The notes beneath the pieces are model-generated. The model saw nothing but the letters and a program-made list of their open reading frames with translations. It did not search any database and was not told the DNA's origin. Shown piece after piece: positions 63,362 through 64,000 of a DNA stretch of 64,000 nt (within the stretch, counting starts at the first letter, position 1; each line of letters begins with the position of its first letter). A program made the translations under genes and the position numbers. Origin of the DNA: Mobula hypostoma (lineage: Eukaryota); contig NC_086109.1 of the NCBI RefSeq assembly GCF_963921235.1, positions 17,238,001-17,302,000 on the forward strand, given 5' to 3'.

Positions 63362-64000
63362 ATACCTAAAATTTATTTTCTTGACTCTGAAATGCATAGT
63401 TTGCACATAAATTGCCCTAGTTGACCACAGGGTAATTTGTTATTGTAGATCTTGATGTTGTATTGCCTTTTACTGTAAGTCCTTTGAAAGTGCTATCATC
63501 TGTTATTTTTAGGAAGATAAGATATGTAAGCAATGAGGTTTTAAATATATTAATTTTGACTGTATTTTCATCCCTCGTCAGTTGTAAAAATTTTAAGGAT
63601 ACAACAGCACAATTTATATCATTTTGTAATTGTCTGTTATATCCTACAGCTGTTATTTGTGAAATGGCTGGGGGAGATTTGTGATTTTGCTTGTCACAGA
63701 GAGAGGGTTTTGTTTTCTGAGTTTGTTCAAGTATTGGAGTCTATTAAACATGACAGTAAAAGTTAATTCTATTTTAATTAATGGTGCTTAAAAAAAAACT
63801 GAGAAGATTTGACCCTGATAGTTGGCTTACCTGGCATATCCAGAACTCAGACTGAATTCTCCTCTCAAAAAGAGATGGACAGAGTTATCCTCAATGTCCT
63901 TTTTGTTTTCTTCCCTCAGTTCTTGTAGTTGTGTTCTACAGAGTGTTTTGTCTCAGTACCAACTGCATGATTGAACACAGTTTGGGTTTCATGAGTCTTA

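Overview
This is eukaryotic vertebrate genomic DNA; the repeat content (HE1/V-SINE-like SINEs, CR1, Rex1/Babar, Penelope) suggests a cartilaginous fish, probably a ray (inference). The only host coding sequence I can support is one 519-bp phase-0/0 internal exon of TMCC2 (+ strand, 31721-32239), so the rest of the window is most likely the two large flanking introns. These are filled with often nested mobile elements: CR1, Rex1/Babar-like and L1 LINEs, RTE-derived bipartite elements, tRNA-derived SINEs, Tc1, Tigger-like and hAT DNA transposons, a non-autonomous Helitron and a solo LTR. The most notable system is a young Penelope-like retroelement (RT + GIY-YIG, 57809-59738) with ~310-bp inverted pseudo-LTRs. 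Each pseudo-LTR carries a minimal hammerhead ribozyme motif (AGTC-CTGACGA-stem-GAAAC-GTC-GACT). The same ribozyme occurs in a 112-bp stand-alone insertion with its own 12-bp target-site duplication (50933-51044) and in several decayed fold-back derivatives. Hammerheads in Penelope-like elements are known in general; these copies and their possible effect on the TMCC2 pre-mRNA are untested inferences. Boundaries of old, degraded repeats are approximate, and family names come from motif recognition rather than database searches.
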